From Candidatus Adlerbacteria bacterium (GTDB lineage: Bacteria; Patescibacteriota; Minisyncoccia; Phycocordibacterales; SBAW01): a stretch of DNA of 64,000 nt. The notes below the pieces were generated by a model. It made no database searches and was not told the origin of the DNA. It saw only the letters and a list, made by a program, of their open reading frames with translations. The DNA lies in NCBI GenBank assembly GCA_963749085.1, contig CAVVLG010000002.1, positions 83,178 through 147,177 on the forward strand, given 5' to 3'. Positions 19,435 to 28,417 of this stretch are shown here, piece after piece (the stretch's first letter is position 1; every line of letters begins with the position of its first letter). Made by a program: the position numbers and the translations under genes.

Positions 19435-20241
19435 ATGTCTATCCGCATAGCAAAGTCCGACGGCACAAGCCAAGAGTATCAACCGCAAAAACTTATTTCT
19501 TCTTTGGAGCGCTCTGGGGCTGAAAAGGAGGCCGCCGAGCGTATTGAGAGAGAAATAGAAAAGGAACTCTATGACGGCATTACCACGCAAGAAATCTACA
19601 GCCACGCCTTTTCTCGTTTAGGGAGCGAGCGCAGAGGTACTGCGGCGCGCTATTCGCTGAAGCGAGCAGTGTTGCAGTTTGGTCCTTCTGGTTTCCCCTT
19701 CGAGTCCTACATTGCAGAACTATTTCGTGCCGAAGGATACGAGGCGAAAGTTGATCAAATCATCAAGGGCAAATGCGTCGAACATGAAGTCGACGTGGTT
19801 GCCACGAAAGGGGGGCAGACGGTCTATGTGGAGGCGAAATTCCATAATACGCCGGGCTTCAAGAGTGACCTGCAAACCGTGCTCTACGTTGAGGCGCGGG
19901 TCGAAGACATCGGCGGCAAGGGTCTTGTGGTCACCAACACCAAATTTACCGACAAGGCCATCCAATATGCGCAATGCCGGGGGTTGGAGCTCCTCGCATG
20001 GGATTATCCACACGGAGCCACCCTCCACGACCGCATAGACCGCTCGGGAGTCTACCCCGTCACCGCCCTCACCACACTCTCAAAGCGCGAAAAAATGGCT
20101 CTGCTAGCTGAGCGGAAGGTCCTGTGCACGGCGCTACCGGGCGAGACGGATGTGCTTAGCCGGGCGGGAGTATCCGGCAAAAAGGCTCAGGCGGTATTAG
20201 AGGAAGCGGGCGCATTGTGCGTTCCCGGGAGAGATATATGA
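19435..20241 (+). CDS. ATP-cone domain plus Mrr-like PD-(D/E)xK endonuclease
   Basis: N-terminal IAKSDG...KL..SL..SGA ATP cone; GFPFESY, HEVDV, VEAKFHN, LVVTNTKFT. Confidence 0.85.
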   Translation: MSIRIAKSDGTSQEYQPQKLISSLERSGAEKEAAERIEREIEKELYDGITTQEIYSHAFSRLGSERRGTAARYSLKRAVLQFGPSGFPFESYIAELFRAEGYEAKVDQIIKGKCVEHEVDVVATKGGQTVYVEAKFHNTPGFKSDLQTVLYVEARVEDIGGKGLVVTNTKFTDKAIQYAQCRGLELLAWDYPHGATLHDRIDRSGVYPVTALTTLSKREKMALLAERKVLCTALPGETDVLSRAGVSGKKAQAVLEEAGALCVPGRDI

Positions 20242-20280
20242 TAGGGGAGTACCCTATTATTTCATAACTCAGATCGCCGT

Positions 20281-20919
20281 ATGCAACCCAATCAGAATCC
20301 GCAGGGTCAGAATTCGCAGAACTCTCAGAATAAGCCGTCCCTTTCCTGGTCGCAGCCAACCGCTCCTAAAGTCGTCACCCCGAGTACACCCAAGGGACCG
20401 GATAGCACATCGAACACCGGCACCTACGCCGGCGTCTTTATCGGCGGCCTTATCGTCGGTGCGCTGCTGGGCTGGGGCGTTACTGATTTACATCAAGGAA
20501 GCTCAGAGGTGTCTATGAGCACGGGAAGCACCACCATGATGGACATGTCTTCAACTTCAGCTTCCACCATAAATCTTGCCGGCTCCATGGTTGGCGGGAC
20601 CTCCCTTGCAGTCGCCACGCAACCGGCAGGCTATTCTGTAGCGGTCTCGGGCGTCGACGTCACAGAGCCTACCTGGGTCGTTGTCTATGACGACAACAAT
20701 GGCGCCCCGGGCAACGCGCTCGGAGCGGGTCTGTTCTACCCTACCGCCATGGGAGGCACGACGAGCAGCAACATGCCACTCCTGCGTGCCACACTCCCGA
20801 ACACCAACTATCTGGTAGGGGAGAGTATCGACAACGGGACCCACCAATTCTCTCTGAAGGACAAGCAAGTGCTCGACACCTCTGGAAGTCCACTGTGGGT
20901 GACCTTCCAAACCAACTAA
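20281..20919 (+). CDS. membrane-anchored hypothetical protein
   Basis: Q/N-rich N-terminus, single TM, S/T-rich linker, beta-rich C-domain (QPAG.SV.V...WVVV...PGNALGAG). Confidence 0.75.
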   Translation: MQPNQNPQGQNSQNSQNKPSLSWSQPTAPKVVTPSTPKGPDSTSNTGTYAGVFIGGLIVGALLGWGVTDLHQGSSEVSMSTGSTTMMDMSSTSASTINLAGSMVGGTSLAVATQPAGYSVAVSGVDVTEPTWVVVYDDNNGAPGNALGAGLFYPTAMGGTTSSNMPLLRATLPNTNYLVGESIDNGTHQFSLKDKQVLDTSGSPLWVTFQTN

Positions 20920-20921
20920 GC

Positions 20922-21407
20922 ATGATGCTCCACGTAGCTTCGCACTGGAATGGCTCGCTCTTCTTTCAATTGGCGTTCACGTGGCGTCTCCTTATTGCGG
21001 CGATTCTCGGCACTCTTCTGGGACTTGAGCGCTCCATTGCCGGCAAGCATGCGGGCATGCGTACCTATGCGTTGGTGTCCTTAGGCTCGTGTCTCTTCGT
21101 GGTCATGGGCACTATCGCGAGTTTGGAGTTGGGTGGTCTTTTCTCGGGGCTTAATCCGCTCCAAATAGCGTCCTCGGTCGTGCTCGGCATCGGATTCATC
21201 GGAGCGGGTCTCACCGCCTTTCGCGGCGAGCGCCCTGAGCTCACCACGGCGACCGGTACGTGGGTTGCCGCGGGTATCGGCATGGCGTGCGGTTTCGGCT
21301 CCTACATCATTGCGTTTGCCGCCACGGTCATCGCTATTCTCATTTTTTCCACACTCCTTAAACTGGAAAATTTCATTCGCGCGCGCTACGGCAAGGAGGA
21401 AGAATAG
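20922..21407 (+). CDS. MgtC/SapB-family protein
   Basis: GLER...AGMRTYALVSLGS, GIGFIGAG, LTTA..WVAAGIGMACG. Confidence 0.92.
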   Translation: MMLHVASHWNGSLFFQLAFTWRLLIAAILGTLLGLERSIAGKHAGMRTYALVSLGSCLFVVMGTIASLELGGLFSGLNPLQIASSVVLGIGFIGAGLTAFRGERPELTTATGTWVAAGIGMACGFGSYIIAFAATVIAILIFSTLLKLENFIRARYGKEEE

Positions 21408-21428
21408 CGTCAATGATATACTGGCTTT

Positions 21429-22262
21429 ATGAGCCGGTATTACAAGCCCAACCGAAAACCGGACTGGAACTACGGCGGTTCGAGTTTTCGTCTCTCGCGC
21501 TCCAAAATCGGACTCTTTTTGGAGTGTCCGCGGTGTTTTTACCTCGACAACAAACTCGGGGTCGCCCGACCGCCTGGTTTTCCATTTAGTCTCAATTCGG
21601 CCGTCGATGTGCTCTTTAAAAAAGAATTCGATGTGCATCGAAAAAAAGGCTCGCCTCACCCGCTCATGGTCGAGTATGACCTTGAGGCGGTACCGTTCTC
21701 ACACCCGGACCTAGACGTGTGGCGCGAAAATTTCAAAGGCGTTGAGGTCAAGCATCAGGCAACCGGCTTTGTTGTTTCAGGTGCGCTTGACGATGTGTGG
21801 GTCAACAAAAAAGGCGAGCTTATCGTGGTCGACTACAAATCGACGAGCAAAGATCGGAAAATAGATAGCCTCAACGAGCCCTGGCAGGACGGGTATAAGC
21901 GCCAAATGGAGGTGTATCAGTGGCTGCTGCGGGAGCGCGGGTTTAACGTTTCCAACACCGGCTATTTCGTATACGCCAACGCTTCAAAGGAAGAAGAATC
22001 CTTCGGCGGGAGACTTCTCTTTGAAGTGACGCTCGTTCCATATATCGGCTCAAGCAAATGGGTGGAGGGAGCACTGCGCGCTATCAAGGAGTGTCTCGAT
22101 GGCGAGAAGCTGCCGGCGAGCGCCGCGGAATGCGATTATTGCAGTTATCGGCATGCCGCTGAAACCGTACTCGCTCGGTTTTCACTAGCGCCTTTGAAAA
22201 AGTCGACGAGAAGAAAGGCTGAAAAAAAAATTACGAAAAAAATATCACAGTCTCTTTTTTAA
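21429..22262 (+). CDS. PD-(D/E)xK nuclease (Cas4/AddB-like) with putative metal-binding cysteines
   Basis: LSRSKI...ECPRCFY, GALDD, VVDYKST, QMEVY, C-terminal CDYC. Confidence 0.85.
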   Translation: MSRYYKPNRKPDWNYGGSSFRLSRSKIGLFLECPRCFYLDNKLGVARPPGFPFSLNSAVDVLFKKEFDVHRKKGSPHPLMVEYDLEAVPFSHPDLDVWRENFKGVEVKHQATGFVVSGALDDVWVNKKGELIVVDYKSTSKDRKIDSLNEPWQDGYKRQMEVYQWLLRERGFNVSNTGYFVYANASKEEESFGGRLLFEVTLVPYIGSSKWVEGALRAIKECLDGEKLPASAAECDYCSYRHAAETVLARFSLAPLKKSTRRKAEKKITKKISQSLF

Positions 22263-22263
22263 T

Positions 22264-22524
22264 ATGCAGAAAGAATTCAGCAAGAAAGTATATGCGATTG
22301 TGGCAAAGATTCCTAAAGGAAAAACTATGACGTATAAGCAAGTTGCCACGAAAGCGGGCAATCCGCACGCCGCGCGCGCGGTAGGGATGCTCATGTCGAG
22401 AAACTACAACCCGAAAATTCCGTGCCATCGTGTGGTGCGGTCCGACGGCAAGGAAAGCGGCTACAACCAAGGCGGCTGGGCACGGAAGCGGAAGCGTTTA
22501 CGAGAAGAGGGAGTTATGGTATAG
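22264..22524 (+). CDS. O6-alkylguanine DNA alkyltransferase (MGMT) C-terminal domain protein
   Basis: IPKGKTMTY, AARAVG, active-site PCHRV. Confidence 0.92.
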   Translation: MQKEFSKKVYAIVAKIPKGKTMTYKQVATKAGNPHAARAVGMLMSRNYNPKIPCHRVVRSDGKESGYNQGGWARKRKRLREEGVMV

Positions 22525-22565
22525 TGTGCCATGGACGTTACGCAAACATCAGCGAGGACTGAACA

Positions 22566-22802
22566 ATGAAGCTTACTTACTGGTTGCTGCTTTTTGCAGC
22601 CGCGATTGCGCTCGCAGTATGGGCACTGTGCCACAATGGCTGGGTGCTTTCGGGGCTCGTTTTGTTGCTTGTCTGCATCGTCATTGCAGTAGTGTATCTC
22701 GTTCTGGCGACGATAACGCAGCCTGCAAATCTCCATGATCTGTTCGGCGGTCAACGGCCGCTATACCTCGAGGGGATGCGCCGTGAAAAAATTTCTGTTT
22801 GA
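22566..22802 (+). CDS. small membrane hypothetical protein
   Basis: GAGGA SD and two TM segments. Confidence 0.6.
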   Translation: MKLTYWLLLFAAAIALAVWALCHNGWVLSGLVLLLVCIVIAVVYLVLATITQPANLHDLFGGQRPLYLEGMRREKISV

Positions 22803-22863
22803 CTGGATCAATCGCATTCTCGATGTGTTTGATCCCGATTACACGGGCTTTGGGTGGAACTAA
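22783..22863 (+). CDS. putative 26-aa small protein (MKKFLFDWINRILDVFDPDYTGFGWN)
   Basis: GAGGGG SD 7 nt before GTG; fills the gap up to the terminator. Confidence 0.4.
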   Translation: MKKFLFDWINRILDVFDPDYTGFGWN

Positions 22864-22878
22864 GCCCGTCCTTCTACC

Positions 22879-22912
22879 GCGACCTTCGGCTCAACGCCGG
22901 GGTCGTTTTTTT
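22879..22912 (+). terminator. intrinsic terminator
   Basis: CGACCTTCGGC...GCCGGGGTCG followed by T7. Confidence 0.75.
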
Positions 22913-22926
22913 GTATACTCTCAGGT

Positions 22927-23592
22927 ATGGAGGTAAAAATAGATCCTTTGTGGAAGGAAGTTCTGAAGGATGAATTTGGCAAAGACTATTTTAAAACTCT
23001 TGCGAAGTTTGTACGTAGTGAATATAAACACGCCATTGTGTATCCACCGCCCAAGGATATATTCCGCGCGTTTAATCTCTGCCCGTTCGACAAAGTCAAA
23101 GTCGTGATTCTCGGTCAAGATCCCTATCACGGCCCAGGGCAGGCCAATGGCCTGTGCTTTGCGGTGGGGGAGAAGGTGCCGCTGCCGCCGTCGCTACAAA
23201 ATATTTTTAAAGAAATTGAACACGATCTTGGACAACCGCTCATGCACAAAAGCGGGGATCTCGAACGATGGGCGAAGCAAGGCGTACTTCTTTTGAACGC
23301 GACTCTTACGGTACGGGCCCACAAGGCCGGTTCGCATCAACACAAGGGGTGGGAGGAATTTACCGATGCGGTCATCCGAAACCTTGCGGAGCGCCGCGAG
23401 CATTTAGTGTTTATTTTATGGGGCAATTATGCCAAACAAAAAGGTGTGCAGATCGACCGGAGCAAACATTTAGTGATAGAATCCGCGCATCCCTCTCCGT
23501 TCTCCGCGATGAAGTTTTTCGGCTCAAAGCCGTTCAGCAAAGCAAACACGTATCTAAAGGAACACCATGAAAAGCCGATAGACTGGCTCTAA
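22927..23592 (+). CDS. ung: uracil-DNA glycosylase (family 1)
   Basis: GQDPYH, PPSLQNI, GVLLLN, HPSPFS. Confidence 0.97.
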   Translation: MEVKIDPLWKEVLKDEFGKDYFKTLAKFVRSEYKHAIVYPPPKDIFRAFNLCPFDKVKVVILGQDPYHGPGQANGLCFAVGEKVPLPPSLQNIFKEIEHDLGQPLMHKSGDLERWAKQGVLLLNATLTVRAHKAGSHQHKGWEEFTDAVIRNLAERREHLVFILWGNYAKQKGVQIDRSKHLVIESAHPSPFSAMKFFGSKPFSKANTYLKEHHEKPIDWL

Positions 23593-23593
23593 C

Positions 23594-25567
23594 CTACCAA
23601 ATGTGTGCACGCTGTGCGGGAGGGCGATAGAGTTTGTTTTTTTTCGTAACGTCGAACGCCTTATAGAAGGGAGGAAAATTGGCGAGAGGTCCGTTTATCC
23701 GCGCCGGCGCGGGTGAGTGGACATCCACGAGGGCTATCGTTTTAGAATATTCCTCCCGCGTAAGCTCCTGCTCACTTTGAGCAAATCCTAAAAAGAACCG
23801 TTCCTCCGGAGAAAACCCCCCGATGTCTTTTTTGGAAGTTTTGGCGAGATGTTTTTGGTAGGCATCATAGGCAATAGCGACTCCGCCCAGATCCGCAATA
23901 TTCTCCCCTAGCGTTAGCTGGCCATTCACAGCCACGCCGCCCGCCGCGATGTAACGGTTGTACTGCTCCACCAGTATGTCTGCCTTCCGCATGAATTTTT
24001 TTCTATCTTGAGTAGTCCACCACAGATGCATATTACCGTTGCCGTCGAACTTCGATCCCTGATCATCAAATCCGTGAGTCATTTCGTGGCCGATGACGGC
24101 TCCGATTCCCCCGTAATTAACTGCCGCATCCGCGCGCGGGTCAAAGAACGGCCATTGCAGTATGGCGGCGGGGAAGACGATTTCATTGAGATTGAAATTG
24201 CAATAGGCGTTCACTGTTTGGGGAGTCATGTGCCACTCGCCCCGGTCGACCCGCTTGCGTAACTTCCGCATAGCTCGTCGGTGTTCAAAGACGCTTGAGC
24301 GCTTGATATTGCCGAAAAAATCATCCGGCTTGATGCGGAGCCCTTGGTATGTCTTCCATTTTTTTGGATACCCTATTTTGCGGCTCATCATGCGCAATTT
24401 TGTGACGGCTTTGCGTTTGGTTGGCGCGCTCATCCAACTCAGTTTTTTGATGCGTTCCTCGTACGCATCAAAGAGGTCGCTCACGAGTGCGTCCATGGCG
24501 ACCTTGGCGCTTTTGGAAAAAAAAGCTTTCACATAGAGTTGACCCACCGCTTCGCCGACGGTCGCGTTGGTGGCCCCCAGCGCGCGGCGCCATAGTGCGC
24601 GCATTTTTTTGCTCCCAGTGAGGATTTTGTAGAAATTGAAATTGGCGCGAACGAACTTCTCCGACAACAACGACGAGGAATCATTGATGAGATGCCACTC
24701 TAAATAGATTTTTAGATCGTCCAGCGGGCGATGTTTCAAAAGGCCATTGATGTCCTTAAAAAAATCCGGTTGGCCGATGATAACTGCCGCGAGCTTCTGT
24801 GCTCCGGTATGGGCAAAGTACTTCTTCCACGGGATATCGGGGGAGAGGCGCAGCAACTCCGCGATCGTTTTTTTATGGTAAGTCTTTTCCGCGTCGCGGG
24901 TGTCCTCTTTGCGCATGGAAGCCTTCGCCAGCGACGTTTCGATATCCAAAACTATCTTTACCATGCGTTCAATACGGATTTTATCTACGTTGACGAGTTT
25001 TAAGATAGTTCTGATATGAGCGACGTATGCCTCCCGCACCCGTTTTTGCTCCGGTTTGTTCTCGAGGTAATAGTCGCGGTCGGGCAACCCCAATCCTCCT
25101 TGCCATAGATGCAGGCGATAGACGCTGCTGTCTTTGGAATCCTGATCAATAAAGGTTGCCCAAAAACCCGAAACACCGAGGACATGAAATTTCGCGATAA
25201 GGTCAAAAAGATCTTGACGGGTAAGCACCTTTTCCACCATAGCGCGCCACTCCGCAAGCGGTTTGATGCCGAGCGCATCTCGTCGCTTCATGTCGCATGC
25301 CGAGCGGAACATGTCGGCGACCAATTGCCTTGGACTGCCGGCACGGTAGTGTTTTTTTTGTAAAATCTTTGCAACCAGCGTATGGAGTTGTTGCTCCGTC
25401 CTATAGCGCAATATGGTGAATGAACCCCATCGAGGCTCCTCGGGAGGAATGTGGGCGCGCTTCAGCCAGCCGCCGTTGGCGTAGTGATAGAAATCGTCTT
25501 GCGGTCGCACCGATCGGTCGATATTTTTCGTGTCAAAACCCCAGTATTTTTTTGCCTTTTTGCGCAT
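23594..25567 (-). CDS. pepO: M13-family metallopeptidase (PepO/neprilysin-like)
   Basis: DDFYHYANGGW, VNAY, HEMTH, GENIADLGG. Confidence 0.93.
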   Translation of the reverse strand: MRKKAKKYWGFDTKNIDRSVRPQDDFYHYANGGWLKRAHIPPEEPRWGSFTILRYRTEQQLHTLVAKILQKKHYRAGSPRQLVADMFRSACDMKRRDALGIKPLAEWRAMVEKVLTRQDLFDLIAKFHVLGVSGFWATFIDQDSKDSSVYRLHLWQGGLGLPDRDYYLENKPEQKRVREAYVAHIRTILKLVNVDKIRIERMVKIVLDIETSLAKASMRKEDTRDAEKTYHKKTIAELLRLSPDIPWKKYFAHTGAQKLAAVIIGQPDFFKDINGLLKHRPLDDLKIYLEWHLINDSSSLLSEKFVRANFNFYKILTGSKKMRALWRRALGATNATVGEAVGQLYVKAFFSKSAKVAMDALVSDLFDAYEERIKKLSWMSAPTKRKAVTKLRMMSRKIGYPKKWKTYQGLRIKPDDFFGNIKRSSVFEHRRAMRKLRKRVDRGEWHMTPQTVNAYCNFNLNEIVFPAAILQWPFFDPRADAAVNYGGIGAVIGHEMTHGFDDQGSKFDGNGNMHLWWTTQDRKKFMRKADILVEQYNRYIAAGGVAVNGQLTLGENIADLGGVAIAYDAYQKHLAKTSKKDIGGFSPEERFFLGFAQSEQELTREEYSKTIALVDVHSPAPARINGPLANFPPFYKAFDVTKKNKLYRPPAQRAHIW

Positions 25568-25588
25568 ACGATTGTACTCTAACAGACA

Positions 25589-27406
25589 ATGACCTTAAAC
25601 GAAATTCGTTCTGCATACCTGGAATTTTTTAAGGAGCGGGGGCACACCATCATTCCTTCTTCCTCCCTCGTGCCGCACAACGATCCGACGACGCTCTTCA
25701 CCGGCTCGGGTATGCAGCCGCTGATCCCGTACTTATTAGGCAAGAATCATCCGGAGGGCACGCGCTTAGTTGATTCGCAAAAGTGCTTTCGTGCCATGGA
25801 TATTGAAGAAATAGGCGACAACCGGCATACCACCTTCTTTGAGATGCTCGGCAACTGGTCGCTCGGCGATTATTTCAAAAAAGAGCAGCTGTTGTGGTTT
25901 TTCGAATTTTTGACGAAGGAAGTAGGCATTCCAGCCGAGAGATTATGGGTCACGTGCTTTGAAGGGGATGTGGCGCTCAATCTTCCCAAGGATACCGAGT
26001 CGGCGGAGATTTGGAGGAGCCTAGGCATACCTAAAAATCGCATCCGCTTTTACGATTCGAAGAAAAATTGGTGGTCCCGTTCGGGTGAGCCTGGACAGAT
26101 GCCGGCAGGCGAGCCGGGAGGCCCAGACTCTGAAGTCTTCTATGAATTTACCGAGGTTGCGCATGACACAACATTCGGCCCCGAGTGTCACCCCAACTGC
26201 GACTGTGGACGGTTTCTTGAAATAGGGAACTCGGTCTTTATGCAATATATAAAGAAGGAAGACGGCTCCTTCGGCCTTTTGCCTAAACAGAACGTCGATT
26301 TCGGCGGTGGACTCGAGCGCATCGCCGCCGTGTCACAGAATACGGATGATATTTTTCTAGTGGCGCATGCTCCCCTCATTGCGCATCTGGAAAAATCGTC
26401 CATTAAACGCTACGGCATGAATCCTCAAGATACACGCTCGTTTCGTATCGTGGCCGATCATATGAAAGCGGCTATTTTTCTCATGGCGGACGGCGTATAC
26501 CCCTCAAACAGCGACAAGGGATATTTCGTGCGCCGACTGATTCGCCGTAGTGTGTTATTCGCCGACAAACTTGGCATCAAACCAAATCTTTTCGTTGCCT
26601 TGGTAGAACCGGTCGCCGACATATACAGGGGCGTCTATCCCGAACTTGCAAAGAAGGCTCCCGAGATTCAGACCCTGATTGTGGATGAAGAAGGAAAGTT
26701 TCGCCGAACGCTTGACCGCGGCATCAAAGAACTCTCTCGGTTCACTGAAAAAGGGGAAGTGTCGGCGCAGGACGCCTTTAAGCTCTTCACCACATACGGA
26801 TTTCCTCTGGAGCTCGTCATTGAAGAAGCGGGCTCAAAAGGCATCAAGCACATCGACATTGATGGATTTAAAGAATTATTGAGAGCACATCAGGAACTTT
26901 CCCGCGCCGGGAGCGAACAAAAATTTAAGGGCGGTCTCGCCGATACTGCACAGGCAACCGTGCGGTTACATACCGCGCACCACCTTCTCCTTAAGGCCTT
27001 GCAGCTGGTGCTTGGACCTGATGTGCACCAGCGCGGCAGCAATATCACGCAGGAACGTCTGCGCATCGACTTTACCTACGGGCGAAAGATGACGGAGGAG
27101 CAAAAAAAGGAGGTTGAGCGGATCGTGAATGAAAAAATTGCAGAAGATCTGCCGGTCGTCCGCACGGAGATGAGCCGGGAGGAGGCCGAGAAGCTTCACG
27201 CCGAGCACGAATTCGGTGCAAAATATTCTGAGCGTGTTTCAGTGTACTCCGTTGGTCCTCTCAACAATGCATTTTCAATTGAATTTTGCGGCGGCCCGCA
27301 CGTCACGCATACCGGAGAGCTCGAATTGGGCGACAAACGGTTTACTATTCAAAAGGAGGAAGCGGTCGCGCAGGGTATTCGACGCATCAAGGCTACACTT
27401 CAATAA
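25589..27406 (+). CDS. alaS: alanine--tRNA ligase, short form (605 aa, no C-Ala domain)
   Basis: HTTFFEMLGNWS, VDFGGGLER, editing HTAHH...EFCGGPHV; ends at GIRRIKATLQ. Confidence 0.96.
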   Translation: MTLNEIRSAYLEFFKERGHTIIPSSSLVPHNDPTTLFTGSGMQPLIPYLLGKNHPEGTRLVDSQKCFRAMDIEEIGDNRHTTFFEMLGNWSLGDYFKKEQLLWFFEFLTKEVGIPAERLWVTCFEGDVALNLPKDTESAEIWRSLGIPKNRIRFYDSKKNWWSRSGEPGQMPAGEPGGPDSEVFYEFTEVAHDTTFGPECHPNCDCGRFLEIGNSVFMQYIKKEDGSFGLLPKQNVDFGGGLERIAAVSQNTDDIFLVAHAPLIAHLEKSSIKRYGMNPQDTRSFRIVADHMKAAIFLMADGVYPSNSDKGYFVRRLIRRSVLFADKLGIKPNLFVALVEPVADIYRGVYPELAKKAPEIQTLIVDEEGKFRRTLDRGIKELSRFTEKGEVSAQDAFKLFTTYGFPLELVIEEAGSKGIKHIDIDGFKELLRAHQELSRAGSEQKFKGGLADTAQATVRLHTAHHLLLKALQLVLGPDVHQRGSNITQERLRIDFTYGRKMTEEQKKEVERIVNEKIAEDLPVVRTEMSREEAEKLHAEHEFGAKYSERVSVYSVGPLNNAFSIEFCGGPHVTHTGELELGDKRFTIQKEEAVAQGIRRIKATLQ

Positions 27407-27438
27407 TTTTGGCTTCCAAAGTGCGCTATACTTTACGC

Positions 27439-28404
27439 ATGCGTGTGTTTGGACAGAGCAAAAACGAAGAACAAACAGTCTTAGTGCTCGATATCGAGCA
27501 GGGCAGCGTCGGAGGTGCGTTGGTGAGCCTCTCCAAAACTGAGCACCCGCGGCTTTTCGGCGATACTCGGGTATCGCTGCCGCTCCTCTCATCCCGCGAC
27601 AGCAACGTGCTGAGAGTCAACGTAGAAAAGGCCGGGCACGACGTATTGACTCACGTGCATACCGTTGCTGCGCGCCTGCGTACGCATCCCGAGGCCGCTT
27701 CCTTCGGCACCGTAACTCGAGCGGTCGTTTTTCTCAGCGCTCCCTGGGGTACGCCCAATTTCAGCAGGGGTAGGCCCGATTTTTTGCCCGGCATGCGTGA
27801 CTTTGTGGTGAAAGAGATGGAGAGTTTTGCTCCGGATATATCCCTTTCATTCTCCAGCGGCATTGAGCGCGCGGCAGCGGGTGTAGGAACCCTCTCCTCC
27901 GGCGGGGTGCTCCTGTGCATGGTCGGGGGAGAGGTCACAGAACTTCTCCTCATAGAGAAGGAAGGTCCGCGCGGATACGCGACCATTCCGCACGGCTCAC
28001 GGACATTTCTGAGGACCTTGAAAGTTCACGGGGGTCTCTCGGAGGCCGAAGTACATTCGCTGTTTTCTCTCCTTACACCGGATTCATCCGGGCACTATGA
28101 ACCGCTCGACGCGGCGGCGCAGCATTTTGCCGATCAATTTGCGAATGCCGCGCAACATCTGCTTGTTGAAGGAGGCACTGAGCGCGTCATCGTGGTAGCG
28201 CACGAGCCTTTAGGGGAGTGGCTCGCCAAGCTGTTGGGAGGAGAGGGGCGCAGCGCCTCTGCGATTCATGCGCTTTTTCCCGACGGAGGCACCATAACTG
28301 CGCTGCGACCGCAGCATTTAATTCCTTCCATTGCCGCGCATGCAAGCACGCCGGATCTCTCGCTTCTCCTCGATGCCCTTTATATTGATAGGGGGTTTAT
28401 CTGA
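27439..28404 (+). CDS. divergent FtsA/actin-like fold hypothetical protein
   Basis: LVLDIEQGSVGG (phosphate-1-like), VGGEVTEL, TIPHG; the fold call is tentative. Confidence 0.6.
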   Translation: MRVFGQSKNEEQTVLVLDIEQGSVGGALVSLSKTEHPRLFGDTRVSLPLLSSRDSNVLRVNVEKAGHDVLTHVHTVAARLRTHPEAASFGTVTRAVVFLSAPWGTPNFSRGRPDFLPGMRDFVVKEMESFAPDISLSFSSGIERAAAGVGTLSSGGVLLCMVGGEVTELLLIEKEGPRGYATIPHGSRTFLRTLKVHGGLSEAEVHSLFSLLTPDSSGHYEPLDAAAQHFADQFANAAQHLLVEGGTERVIVVAHEPLGEWLAKLLGGEGRSASAIHALFPDGGTITALRPQHLIPSIAAHASTPDLSLLLDALYIDRGFI

Positions 28405-28417
28405 TATAGTACGAACT

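Noticed and set aside
21429-22262. CRISPR-Cas locus from the Cas4-like gene
   Set aside because: No cas1/cas2 or repeat array in the window.
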